A stretch of DNA of 41,695 nucleotides from the IMG/VR virus record IMGVR_UViG_3300045988_111105, positions 1 through 41,695 of that record. One strand, given 5' to 3'. Under the pieces are notes generated by a model. That model saw nothing but the letters and a program-made list of their open reading frames with translations. It was not told the origin of the DNA and made no database searches. Within the stretch, counting starts at the first letter, position 1; each line of letters starts with the position of its first letter. The position numbers and the translations under genes were made by a program. Positions 32,381 to 41,237 of this stretch are shown here, in pieces. This stretch comes from a virus.

Positions 32381-33261
32381 GAATGAAAAATCGTGATTAC
32401 TGGCATCAAAGAATGTTAGATAGAGACAAGAAAAGTAAGTTATCTGAGGACAAGGCAGTAAAGAAATTAGCTGATGCTTATCACGATTCTTATATGCAAA
32501 TATCAAAGGAGTTAGATAGCTTCTATAATAAATATGCAATAGAAAACAATTTAACTTATGCAGAAGCAACTAAACTATTAACTCCAGTAGAAATGCGAGA
32601 ATATGGATATAAAGTCCAAGAATTAAAACAGTTATATCAAGCTACTAAAAGTGAAGAAGTGTTAGCACAATGGAAAATAATGAGTGCTAGAGGCAAAGTA
32701 ACAAGATTACAAAGTTTACTTGATGGAATAGATATAGAGCTTATAAAAAATACACATAATGTACAAATGAATATGACAGAGCATCTAACAGGAATGTATA
32801 AAAGGTCATACAAAGAAGCTTTAGCTGATGCTGGAGTAACAAACAAAGTATTACCTAAAAGAGCTATCAAAGATGCAATAAGTTATCCTTGGAGTGGTAG
32901 ACAATTTAGTAGCCGTATATGGAGTAATAAGACAGCTACAATGAATAACATAAAGGAAACACTAACAAAAGAATTAATACAAGGAAAATCAGTACAGAAA
33001 ATGGGACAGGAGCTAAGGAAATTAGAAGGCGTTAGTAAGTATCAAGCTGAAAGGCTTATACGAACTGAGACCAATTTTTTTATGACCAAAGGCCATGTTG
33101 ATGGATATAAAGACAATGGAGTAAAGGCCTTAGAGATATGTGTTGCTTATGATGAGAGAACATGTGCTGACTGTGAAAGCATGGATAGGGAGGTGGTTAA
33201 AATCGAAGAAATAAGTTATGGTAGTAATGTTCCACCATTTCATTGTTTCTGTCGAACCTAA
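32353..33261 (+). CDS. Head morphogenesis / minor capsid protein (SPP1 gp7 family)
   Basis: ERLIRTETNFFMTKGHVDGYKDNGV...YDERTCADCESMDREV...PPFHCFCRT. Confidence 0.8.
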   Translation: MGRRAKYYLGMKNRDYWHQRMLDRDKKSKLSEDKAVKKLADAYHDSYMQISKELDSFYNKYAIENNLTYAEATKLLTPVEMREYGYKVQELKQLYQATKSEEVLAQWKIMSARGKVTRLQSLLDGIDIELIKNTHNVQMNMTEHLTGMYKRSYKEALADAGVTNKVLPKRAIKDAISYPWSGRQFSSRIWSNKTATMNNIKETLTKELIQGKSVQKMGQELRKLEGVSKYQAERLIRTETNFFMTKGHVDGYKDNGVKALEICVAYDERTCADCESMDREVVKIEEISYGSNVPPFHCFCRT

Positions 33262-33309
33262 TATTACGTTGTACCGTAATTCCAGTTGTAGATTATAAGG
33301 AGGGATAAA

Positions 33310-33930
33310 ATGTTTAAAGGTTTAAAAATGAATTTACAGTTAATGGCTGATACTGGAGCTGGTGGAGGAACACCAAGTCAAACAGACGGTGGAGATAACA
33401 CTGATGCTGGAGCTAGTGAAAGCTCTAATACAGGAGGAACAGATAATCAAACGCCTTCATTTGACGATGTATTAAGTCAAAATAACTATAAGGCTGAGTT
33501 TGATAAAAGATTAAAAGAAGCTATACAAACTGCTCAAACTGAGTGGGAAACAAAGCAACAAGAAAAAATAACAGAAGCTGAAAAACTTAAAAAAATGAAT
33601 GCTGATGAAAAAGCTAAATATGAGCAAGACAAAAGAACTAAAGAGCTAGACAAAAGGGAAAAAGACATAACTACTAGAGAGTTAAAAGCTCAAGCTTATG
33701 AAACATTAGCAGAAAAGAATTTACCAAAAGAGTTAATTGATGCTCTTAACTTTTCAGATGCAGAAACTTGCAATGCTTCTATTGAAGCAGTTGAAAAAGC
33801 CTTCCAAAATGCCGTTAAAAAGGCAGTTGATGATAGATTAAGAAGTAAACCACCAGTAAAACCAGCTGAACAAACTAATGGAGATGTATTTGGGTTTAAC
33901 TTCACAGGTGTAAGGCCTAGAAAATATTAG
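33310..33930 (+). CDS. Scaffolding protein
   Basis: 206 aa. A Gly/Thr-rich N-terminus is followed by a charged coiled coil (KQQEKITEAEKLKKMNADEKAKYEQDKRTKELDKREKD). It lies directly before the capsid gene. Confidence 0.7.
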   Translation: MFKGLKMNLQLMADTGAGGGTPSQTDGGDNTDAGASESSNTGGTDNQTPSFDDVLSQNNYKAEFDKRLKEAIQTAQTEWETKQQEKITEAEKLKKMNADEKAKYEQDKRTKELDKREKDITTRELKAQAYETLAEKNLPKELIDALNFSDAETCNASIEAVEKAFQNAVKKAVDDRLRSKPPVKPAEQTNGDVFGFNFTGVRPRKY

Positions 33931-33944
33931 AAAGGATGATGTAA

Positions 33945-34859
33945 ATGACAGTAAATTATGCAGAAGCTTATAGCAGAGAGCTTGCAAATGCTTATCCATA
34001 TGTCTTATACTCAGGAGCATTATGGAGCAACGAAAATACAAGAAAATACAAAATAGTAGATGCAAAGACTATAAAAATACCACTTTTATCTACTGGAGGT
34101 AGAGTTGACGGAGATAGAACTAAAATAGGTGATTTCTCTCAAAACTTCTCAAATGACTGGGAGACTAAAACACTTACTAACCATAGAATTTGGCAAACAC
34201 TAGTGCATCCACAAGATGTAAATCAAACTAATATGGTAGCATCTATAAGTAACATTACAAAAGTAATGAATGAAACTAAAAAGTTTCCTGAGCTAGATGC
34301 AATGATGTTCTCTACTATATATAGTTTAAGAAATGCACAAAAAGCAATAACTGCTGAAACTGCTGATTTAACAGCAAATACAGTATTGACTAAATTTGAT
34401 GCTATGATGGATGCTATGGATGAAGCATTAGTGCCAGTAAGTGGAAGGGTTTTATATTGCGATACATATACAAAAACTTTAATTGACAATGCTATAGCTA
34501 TAGTTAGAAACAACGGAGATAAAAAACTAGCTAGAAATGTATCAAGAATAGAAGAAGTTGATATAGTTTCTGTACCAACAGCTCTTTTTAAAACAGAATA
34601 TACATTTAATGATGGTAAAACATCTGGACAAACTGATGGAGGATTTGCAGCTAAATCAACTGCTAAAGATATAGCAATGATATTATTGCATCCAAGTGCT
34701 ATATTACCTATAGTTTCTTATTCATTCGCACAACTTCAACCACCAAGTGCATTATCACAAGGTAAATATGTATACTTTGAAGAATCATTTGAAGATGTAT
34801 TTATCTTAAATAAAAGAGTTGATGCGATACAAATATGTGTTAAAAAATCAGATGCTTAA
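33945..34859 (+). CDS. Major capsid protein
   Basis: 304 aa, positioned after the scaffold gene. Its size and composition are consistent with a siphoviral MCP. Confidence 0.7.
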   Translation: MTVNYAEAYSRELANAYPYVLYSGALWSNENTRKYKIVDAKTIKIPLLSTGGRVDGDRTKIGDFSQNFSNDWETKTLTNHRIWQTLVHPQDVNQTNMVASISNITKVMNETKKFPELDAMMFSTIYSLRNAQKAITAETADLTANTVLTKFDAMMDAMDEALVPVSGRVLYCDTYTKTLIDNAIAIVRNNGDKKLARNVSRIEEVDIVSVPTALFKTEYTFNDGKTSGQTDGGFAAKSTAKDIAMILLHPSAILPIVSYSFAQLQPPSALSQGKYVYFEESFEDVFILNKRVDAIQICVKKSDA

Positions 34860-34871
34860 TAGGTAATTTAA

Positions 34872-35192
34872 ATGGATATTTCTAAGATAAAAATAAAATT
34901 AGGTTTGCAAGCCGATGATTCACAAGATGAATTGTTGGCTATTTTATTGTCAGATGCTATAAATTACATGAGTGTGTATATAGAAAGCCCTACAATACCC
35001 ACTGAGCTTGAATTTATAGCTGAGGAAGTAGCCATAAAAAGATACAGAAGATTAGGAAGTGAAGGGATATCTACGGAAAAAATAGATGTCCTTTCGACTT
35101 CTTACAAGTCTGATGATTTTTATGAGTATAAACCACTGCTAAAACAATATAAGGCAAACAATACAAGAATAAAGAAGCTAAGGATGTTATAA
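34872..35192 (+). CDS. Head-tail connector protein (gp6-like)
   Basis: 106 aa. The N-terminal IKIKLGLQADDSQDELLAILLSDAINYM is typical of the DNA-packaging/connector family. Confidence 0.6.
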   Translation: MDISKIKIKLGLQADDSQDELLAILLSDAINYMSVYIESPTIPTELEFIAEEVAIKRYRRLGSEGISTEKIDVLSTSYKSDDFYEYKPLLKQYKANNTRIKKLRML

Positions 35193-35513
35193 ATGGATTA
35201 TAGAGATAGTGCAGTTATATATAAAAAAGAATTAATTGAAGATGGTTTAGGTGGCTATACTACAAAAGATGTAGGAATTAAATCTATTAAATGCAAAGTA
35301 GCACCTTTTACTATTAGTGAAATTGATTCGGCTGGAAGGTTAGCGACTTATTCTAAAAATAAATTGTTTACACAAGAAAAGCTGGATAAATTACTGGATC
35401 TTGATGAAGATTTTTATATTTTATATGGAAATAAACATTATAAAAAAGAATCAGTTGCTGACTATAATAAATGCTACATGATTGTTATGGAGCGTGATGA
35501 AATTGGAAATTAA
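35193..35513 (+). CDS. Head closure / head-tail adaptor protein
   Basis: 106 aa. Assigned by position and by the motif IEDGLGGYT... Confidence 0.55.
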   Translation: MDYRDSAVIYKKELIEDGLGGYTTKDVGIKSIKCKVAPFTISEIDSAGRLATYSKNKLFTQEKLDKLLDLDEDFYILYGNKHYKKESVADYNKCYMIVMERDEIGN

Positions 35514-35850
35514 AATAACCTCAGATGCTGGAAAATTACTAAGAAAATTCAATAACACTGATACAGTTGAAAAAGATGTAAGTAAATTAGTAAAAGATAC
35601 CTTGTATAATATCGAAAAGGATGCAAAAAGAGACTGCCCTGTAGATACAGGGCGATTACGTGGATCTATAACTACTAATATAATTTCTACTTATAGTGGT
35701 GAAGTAGGAACTAACGTTGAATATGCTGATTATGTAAACAGCGGAACTAGATATCAAGAAGCACAGCCTTATTTTGATTCAGCAGTTGAAAAGAATGAGG
35801 AAAAATTCGATGATGCACTTGATGAAATTATAGAAAGGTTATTAGAATAA
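35482..35850 (+). CDS. HK97 gp10-family tail-completion protein
   Basis: The CPVDTGRLRGSI motif is present. The real start is more likely the ATG at 35497 (ggagcgtgATG). Confidence 0.7.
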   Translation: MLWSVMKLEIKITSDAGKLLRKFNNTDTVEKDVSKLVKDTLYNIEKDAKRDCPVDTGRLRGSITTNIISTYSGEVGTNVEYADYVNSGTRYQEAQPYFDSAVEKNEEKFDDALDEIIERLLE

Positions 35851-36242
35851 TGATTTCTGTAGAGTTGCAAGAAAAGTTATATGCATTATTAAGTACATTG
35901 TCTTATCCTGTGCATGATGATGTACCTAAGGGCACTAAATGCCCTTATATTAAGCTTGGTACAAATAGAGGTAATGATAATTCTAACAAGACAAATCTAG
36001 CTTACAAGGATTATCAATACATAGATGTTTTTTCAGAATACAGAGGCAAAAAAGAAGTAATGCAAATTATGAAACAAGTTAATGACTTGCTTCAAAACAA
36101 AACAATTACACTTGAAAATATGCAAGCTTTCTTGTATTTAAATTCAAGTGAAATATTAGAGCAAAAAGATGCCGAGGGTAAATATTACCACGGCATTTTG
36201 ATTTACAGAATAGAAACTCAAATGAAAGGAGTGATAGTATGA
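35850..36242 (+). CDS. Tail terminator / tail-completion protein
   Basis: 130 aa. ATGA-type overlaps on both sides. It lies immediately upstream of the major tail gene. Confidence 0.5.
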   Translation: MISVELQEKLYALLSTLSYPVHDDVPKGTKCPYIKLGTNRGNDNSNKTNLAYKDYQYIDVFSEYRGKKEVMQIMKQVNDLLQNKTITLENMQAFLYLNSSEILEQKDAEGKYYHGILIYRIETQMKGVIV

Positions 36243-36679
36243 AACTAGACAACTTACAATTATTAGCTGTTGAAGGCGATACTGGAGAAGTTATAAGAGG
36301 TTTAGATATAATTGTATCTGCTGGTGGTAAGGCTATAGGTGGCCAAAAGAACTGCAAATTATCTATCAAAGCTGATTCCATAGATACATCTACAAAAACA
36401 TCAGGAGATTGGAAAAGAAAAATATCTGGAGCAAAAGAATGGTCAGCTACTTGCGATGGATTTTATTATACTGGAGATGAAGGTTACGATGCTGCAGTTG
36501 ATGCGACATTAAATTCTACTGCAGTTGATGTAGTGCTAGCTAATAAAACAAATACAGTAGGATTTAAGGGTAAAGCTTATATAGTAGGCTTGGATTTAGA
36601 TGCACCTTATGATGATGCCCTTACATATGATTTAAGTTTCGATGGAAACGGCAAATTAGAAAAAGCTAGTGCTGTTTAG
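36239..36679 (+). CDS. Major tail protein
   Basis: 146 aa, upstream of the chaperone pair and the TMP. Confidence 0.65.
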   Translation: MKLDNLQLLAVEGDTGEVIRGLDIIVSAGGKAIGGQKNCKLSIKADSIDTSTKTSGDWKRKISGAKEWSATCDGFYYTGDEGYDAAVDATLNSTAVDVVLANKTNTVGFKGKAYIVGLDLDAPYDDALTYDLSFDGNGKLEKASAV

Positions 36680-36688
36680 GAGGAATAT

Positions 36689-37036
36689 ATGATATTAAAT
36701 ATAAATGGAAGAGACTATGAATTAAAATATACAATGAGAATACTTAAAAAATTATCTCAAAGTGGTTTAGATCCATACACAAATTTAGATAAAATTGCGG
36801 GAACTGTACCTAATGTAATAAAATCATTTCATTATGGACTTTTAGAAGAAAATAGTAAAATGACAGAAGCTATGGCAGAAAAATTAATAGATGCTTATGT
36901 AGCAGAAGGAAATTCTACAATAGATTTAGGAAATCTAATAGTTGATGCTGTAATGGAAGCTTTAGGTTTCAATTCGGATGATGTAATAGAAAGCAATGAA
37001 GAAAATGATTTAGAAGAAAGCGAAGAGGGAAAGTAG
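36689..37036 (+). CDS. Tail assembly chaperone (G-like)
   Basis: 115 aa with an acidic C-terminus. It ends at a TAG immediately after a GGGAAAG slippery site. Confidence 0.75.
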   Translation: MILNINGRDYELKYTMRILKKLSQSGLDPYTNLDKIAGTVPNVIKSFHYGLLEENSKMTEAMAEKLIDAYVAEGNSTIDLGNLIVDAVMEALGFNSDDVIESNEENDLEESEEGK

Positions 37037-37371
37037 AACTCAAAGAGCTAATTGAGAATCTATATAAAAAGTTAGTAGGTGGTATGAAAATGCCACCTTC
37101 TTCTTTTTGGCATCTAACTATACATGAAGCTAATTTAGCACTAGAAGGCTATAAAAAGGAGCAACAAGAACAATACAATTTAAGTTTATGTTGTTTACAA
37201 AATGCTTTAGGAATGGCCTTTGGAGGGGATAAATTCAAGCCTATCAATCCTTTTGAGAGTGCTAAGAGTAAAAAAGAAGCTCATAAAGTAAGCAAGAAAC
37301 AAAGAGAAGAAAACTTGGCATATATAAATAATTTATTTGAAAAATTTGGAGGTGGTGAAAATAGCAACTAA
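36689..37371 (+). CDS. Tail assembly chaperone G-T fusion made by -1 frameshift (about 227 aa)
   Basis: The zero frame runs to codon AAG (37031-33). After slipping back 1 nt, translation continues GTA GAA CTC... (VELKELIENLYKKLVGGMKMPP...) to the TAA at 37369-71. Confidence 0.65.
37027..37033 (+). promoter_or_regulatory. Programmed -1 ribosomal frameshift site G GGA AAG
   Basis: The heptamer is in the X XXY YYZ register of the G frame. The -1 frame is open from 37009 through 37371. Confidence 0.75.
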
Positions 37372-38059
37372 AGTTTTAAATGTAAAAATAAATGCTGATA
37401 TAGCTTCCTTCAAAACTAAGATGCAAGATGCTAAAAAATCAATCCAGGATATGTCAGAAAGTATTAAAAAAGCAACTGGCAATAGTAAATTAAGTGATAC
37501 ATTAGGAGCTTCTGATTTTGGTAAGAAATTAGAAGAAGTAAAAACCAAAGCATCTAATTTAGGTCAAGTGTTTAAAGCATTACCTGGACCAGCTAAAGCG
37601 CTTGTTGTTGTAACTGCAGTATTAACAGTTACTAAAAAGTTATATGATGCTGGAAAACAGAGGTTTTTTGAAGGACTTAATAATATAAAAGATACAGTCT
37701 CCCCTGTGTTTCAAGGTATGCTCACCTCGATAAATGCAGTTAAAGATGCTTTTAGCGAGTTAACAGGATTTGATTTTAATCTTTCAAGTCTTATAACAAC
37801 TGGAGCAAACTTTGAATCGCAAATGAAAACAGTTGCTACAATAGCTGGAAGTGTAGGGACTGAATTTGACCAGTTAGTTGCAAAAGCTAGAGAATTAGGA
37901 GCCGCAACTACATTTAGCGCTAGCCAAGTGGGCCAAGCAATGCAATACATGGCTATGGCGGGCTGGTCAACTCAAGAGATGCTTGATGGTGTACAATCTA
38001 CATTGAATTTAGCAAAAATAGGTGCTACAGATTTAGGAACAGCTAGTGATATTTTGACT
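37337..38059 (+). CDS. Tape measure protein, exon 1
   Basis: TP901-type TMP core GANFESQMKTVATIAGS...ATTFSASQVGQAMQYMAMAGWSTQEM...DLGTASDILT. Homology stops at codon ACT (38057-59). The start codon is uncertain (TTG 37337 or GTG 37352/37355). Confidence 0.8.
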
Positions 38060-38339
38060 AAAATATTGGTCGGTTTAGTAGAAATACTATTCAAAAAATA
38101 TTCGGTGAATTGCTGGAAGGCTAAGTTAATATTTTAATATTAATATGCTAATCAGCAACCAAGCCATGGAAAGCCGTAAAAGTACATGGAAGGTTCAGAG
38201 ACTAGGAGAATGAATAGGCAAATAATAATTTCTCCCACGAGCGCCGAACACCTTACTATTAAGTTAAAGGTGATGATATAGTCCCATCCTCTTATGAAAG
38301 TAAGAGTTCTAGGATAAAGAGCCTAGATATAAGATAATG
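38060..38339 (+). ncRNA. Group I self-splicing intron (IA-type), with no internal ORF
   Basis: P1 U.G pair (ttgacT / Ggtcgg). P aattgctggaaggc pairs with Q aatcagcaa. R ggttcagagacta pairs with S gatatagtcc. P2 and P9 have GAAA tetraloops; P3, P7.1, P8 and P9.1 are present; the terminal G is at 38339. Removing the element restores the TMP reading frame. Confidence 0.85.
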
Positions 38340-41237
38340 GATGATTTAACAGCACTTGGAATGCAAGCAAATCAAGCTGGTGACTTTGCGGATAAATTAG
38401 CTGCAACTATTACTAGAAGTAATACCGATGTAGTTTTATTCGGTGAATCTATGAAGCAGACAGGTGCTATTGCTGGAGCATTAGGCGCATCTATGACAGA
38501 TTTATCAACTAGTATAGGCCTAATGGCGAATGCTGGTATTAAAGGTAGTAAAGCGGGGATGTCATTAAAAAATATGTTATCGAATATGGCAAACCCAACA
38601 GACCAACAAGACCGTGCTTTACAAGAATTAGGAATGACCGCTGACAAAACAGGAAGTTATCTAAAAACAACAGCAGATGGATGTACAGACTTAAAAGCAA
38701 CGGTATCAGCATTAAGAGAAGGCACAGAAAAAATGACAAGAAGTCAAAAAGCAGCTTTAATTGCCACTGTTGCTGGTAAAAATGCTTTACCAGGAGTTAT
38801 GTCATTAGTTAATGCATCAGCAGAGGAATACAACAAACTATCAGATGCGATAGATAATTCAACTTCTACAGTTAGTATGTTCAATGAAAACATGGGTATT
38901 TTAGGCCTTAAAGGTGAAGATGCTACAAAGAGAATAGAAGTTATGAAAGATGTATTTTCTAATACTGAAATTTCAGCAACTGCATTAGGACTATCAAGTA
39001 AGGATTTAGGTTATGCGATATCTTTACTAGGTGATGATTGTAAAGTTAGTACTCAATCTGTAGAGGATTTGCTTGATGTAGTAGAATCTATGGATAATGC
39101 TAGCGGTAAAGTTGATAAATTCTGGAGAAGTGTAGGAAATGCTAAAAACATAGAAATAGACGGAAAAGCAATAAATCAACTGATAGATTATAACGGAACT
39201 CTAAGCACTATAGATAATTCTATAGTTGGACTTAGTGATCATACAGTAGAATATGCTAAAAAGCATAATGAAAACTATAAAAACACAAAAGAATACGTTA
39301 AATCACTTGTAAAAGAAGGAATGACGTTAGATGATGCTAATAGCAAGCTTTCTAAGTATGGTATAGAAGCTGAAAAAATATCATTATCTACATTGTCAAT
39401 GTCTCAAAAGACAGATTACCTAAGACAAGCCTTTAAAGGTATGTCAGACGAGCAAATAAAAGCTAAATTGCAAACTATAGGACTTGGAGATAGCTTTGAT
39501 GAAGTTAATGAAATAGTTGATATGTCAGATGAAAAATATGAAACTTATAAGAAGAATCTTCAAGAAATCGAAGGATTATCAACTAGATTAGCTGACAGTA
39601 TTGACGAAACAACTAAATCAACGTTCTTAGCATTATCAAGTGCGATAGAAGATAGTTTAATAGGTGCATTTGAAAAGATGAAACCAGCTCTTATAAGTGG
39701 TTCTCAAGCTATTACAGACTTTTTCTCAACTTGGAGAAATGGAGATAAAAACACTTATACTTTTGATGGGCTTGAAAAAGGATTAGCAGATTTAGAAACA
39801 AAAGTATCTAATGCAGCTAAAAATATACCTACTATAATAACTAATGCTATAAGTGGAGCGAACAGATTTATAAGTGGTGGTTCTTTAGATAGTTTATTAA
39901 GCATGGGTAGTAGTATAGTTAAAAATATAGCTCAAGGTATAATAAATAACAAAGATGGCTTATCTACTGCAATATCTAACTTGATATCAAAAGCCTGTAG
40001 TTGGATTCAAGAAAATGGACCTATGGTTCAACAAGCTGGGAAAGTTATCTTAGAAGCTATAGGAGAAGGTATAAGAAATAACAGAGATCAAATAAATTCA
40101 GCATGTGGTGTTATCTATGATGCGATGAATGATTGGTCAGCTACAAATGCTGAAAATATGGGTATGCTTGGTGGTTCAGTAGCAGATAAATTTATTTGGG
40201 GATTTATAAAAGGATTTACACTAGATAAATTTAATGGCTTAAAAGGTTTCTTTACTGGATTATTTAACAATAACGGAGAAGATGCTTATCAACAGTGGGG
40301 TATTTCTAGTGGAGAGCAATATACAACTGGTATAAACTCAGGACTTGAACAAAGTAAATCAACAACAAATGCTACTGCAACAGAAATAGGCGATGGTATT
40401 TCTAAAAATATAATGAATAAGTTAGAAACTATGAATACAAGCCAATTAAAAGAGTTAGAAGATGAATTAAAATCTTTACAAACAACAACTCGAAATGTAG
40501 CTAATGGCATAGGTTCAAGCTTTGGAAAGATTAGAAATACAGTCAGAGAAAATTTAGTGGGTAGTGTTAACATAGGTAGAAATCAATTTGTTAACTTAGC
40601 TAATATTATAAAAAATCAATCTCAAAATGCTAGAAACAATGCAACAAAGAGCTTTATATCACTTAGAAAAGTTATAACAACTCAAATAACTCAAGCTAGA
40701 ACTAATGTAACAAGTAAAATGATATCTATTGCTAATGTTGTAAGAACACAGTCACAAAATGCACGTAACAATGCTACAAGAAGCTTTATATCTTTGCGCA
40801 AGGTTATACAAACTCAAATGGCGCAAGCTTATAGTTCAGTAAGTAGTTATATGTCTAAAATGGCATCTGCTACAAATAGAACACTTAATACAAAAGTTAA
40901 TGTAACTAGAACAGTTAATACTGTTAATCAAAGTGCTAAAACAGCCAATTTAAAAGCTGTAAATACAATGGCATATTCAAACTTAGCTTATAGCGCTATA
41001 AAAGCTACAAATAATGCTGCAACTGCTAGTTTAGCTAGTGCGCCAACTGCAAACTTTGCAAGTTCTTCAAGCAGTGTATCTAGTTCTTCTAATAGTACAG
41101 CAAAAGCTACAAGAGATATGAGGATTGTAATGCCTGTATACCTTGACAGTAAGGTTATAGGCGAATCTACTGCTGATGTAGTAGATAATAAAATAAAAGT
41201 AAAAACAAGAAGAGAAAACAGAAAGAGAGGTAGATAA
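38340..41237 (+). CDS. Tape measure protein, exon 2
   Basis: It resumes the TMP core (DDLTALGMQANQAGDFADKLAATITRSNTDVVLFGESMKQTG...GIKGSKAGMSLKN). A 44-aa tandem repeat QSQNARNNAT(K/R)SFISLRKVI lies near 40600-40830. The ATG at 38337 in the track is fortuitous. Confidence 0.85.
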   Translation, partial: DDLTALGMQANQAGDFADKLAATITRSNTDVVLFGESMKQTGAIAGALGASMTDLSTSIGLMANAGIKGSKAGMSLKNMLSNMANPTDQQDRALQELGMTADKTGSYLKTTADGCTDLKATVSALREGTEKMTRSQKAALIATVAGKNALPGVMSLVNASAEEYNKLSDAIDNSTSTVSMFNENMGILGLKGEDATKRIEVMKDVFSNTEISATALGLSSKDLGYAISLLGDDCKVSTQSVEDLLDVVESMDNASGKVDKFWRSVGNAKNIEIDGKAINQLIDYNGTLSTIDNSIVGLSDHTVEYAKKHNENYKNTKEYVKSLVKEGMTLDDANSKLSKYGIEAEKISLSTLSMSQKTDYLRQAFKGMSDEQIKAKLQTIGLGDSFDEVNEIVDMSDEKYETYKKNLQEIEGLSTRLADSIDETTKSTFLALSSAIEDSLIGAFEKMKPALISGSQAITDFFSTWRNGDKNTYTFDGLEKGLADLETKVSNAAKNIPTIITNAISGANRFISGGSLDSLLSMGSSIVKNIAQGIINNKDGLSTAISNLISKACSWIQENGPMVQQAGKVILEAIGEGIRNNRDQINSACGVIYDAMNDWSATNAENMGMLGGSVADKFIWGFIKGFTLDKFNGLKGFFTGLFNNNGEDAYQQWGISSGEQYTTGINSGLEQSKSTTNATATEIGDGISKNIMNKLETMNTSQLKELEDELKSLQTTTRNVANGIGSSFGKIRNTVRENLVGSVNIGRNQFVNLANIIKNQSQNARNNATKSFISLRKVITTQITQARTNVTSKMISIANVVRTQSQNARNNATRSFISLRKVIQTQMAQAYSSVSSYMSKMASATNRTLNTKVNVTRTVNTVNQSAKTANLKAVNTMAYSNLAYSAIKATNNAATASLASAPTANFASSSSSVSSSSNSTAKATRDMRIVMPVYLDSKVIGESTADVVDNKIKVKTRRENRKRGR

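Noticed and set aside
33263-33280. The hairpin attacg-ttgtac-cgtaat after the head morphogenesis gene, considered as a terminator.
   Set aside because: The stem is only 6 bp with no T-tract, and it lies inside a structural operon that must be read through. It is probably incidental or a minor RNA-processing site.
37337-38137. The track presents 37337..38137 (266 aa) and 38337..41237 (966 aa) as two separate genes.
   Set aside because: The last 25 codons of the first ORF (KILVGLVEILFKKYSVNCWKAKLIF) and the ATG of the second lie inside a sequence with a complete group I intron core. Family similarity stops at 38059 and restarts at 38340, so this is one split tape measure gene.
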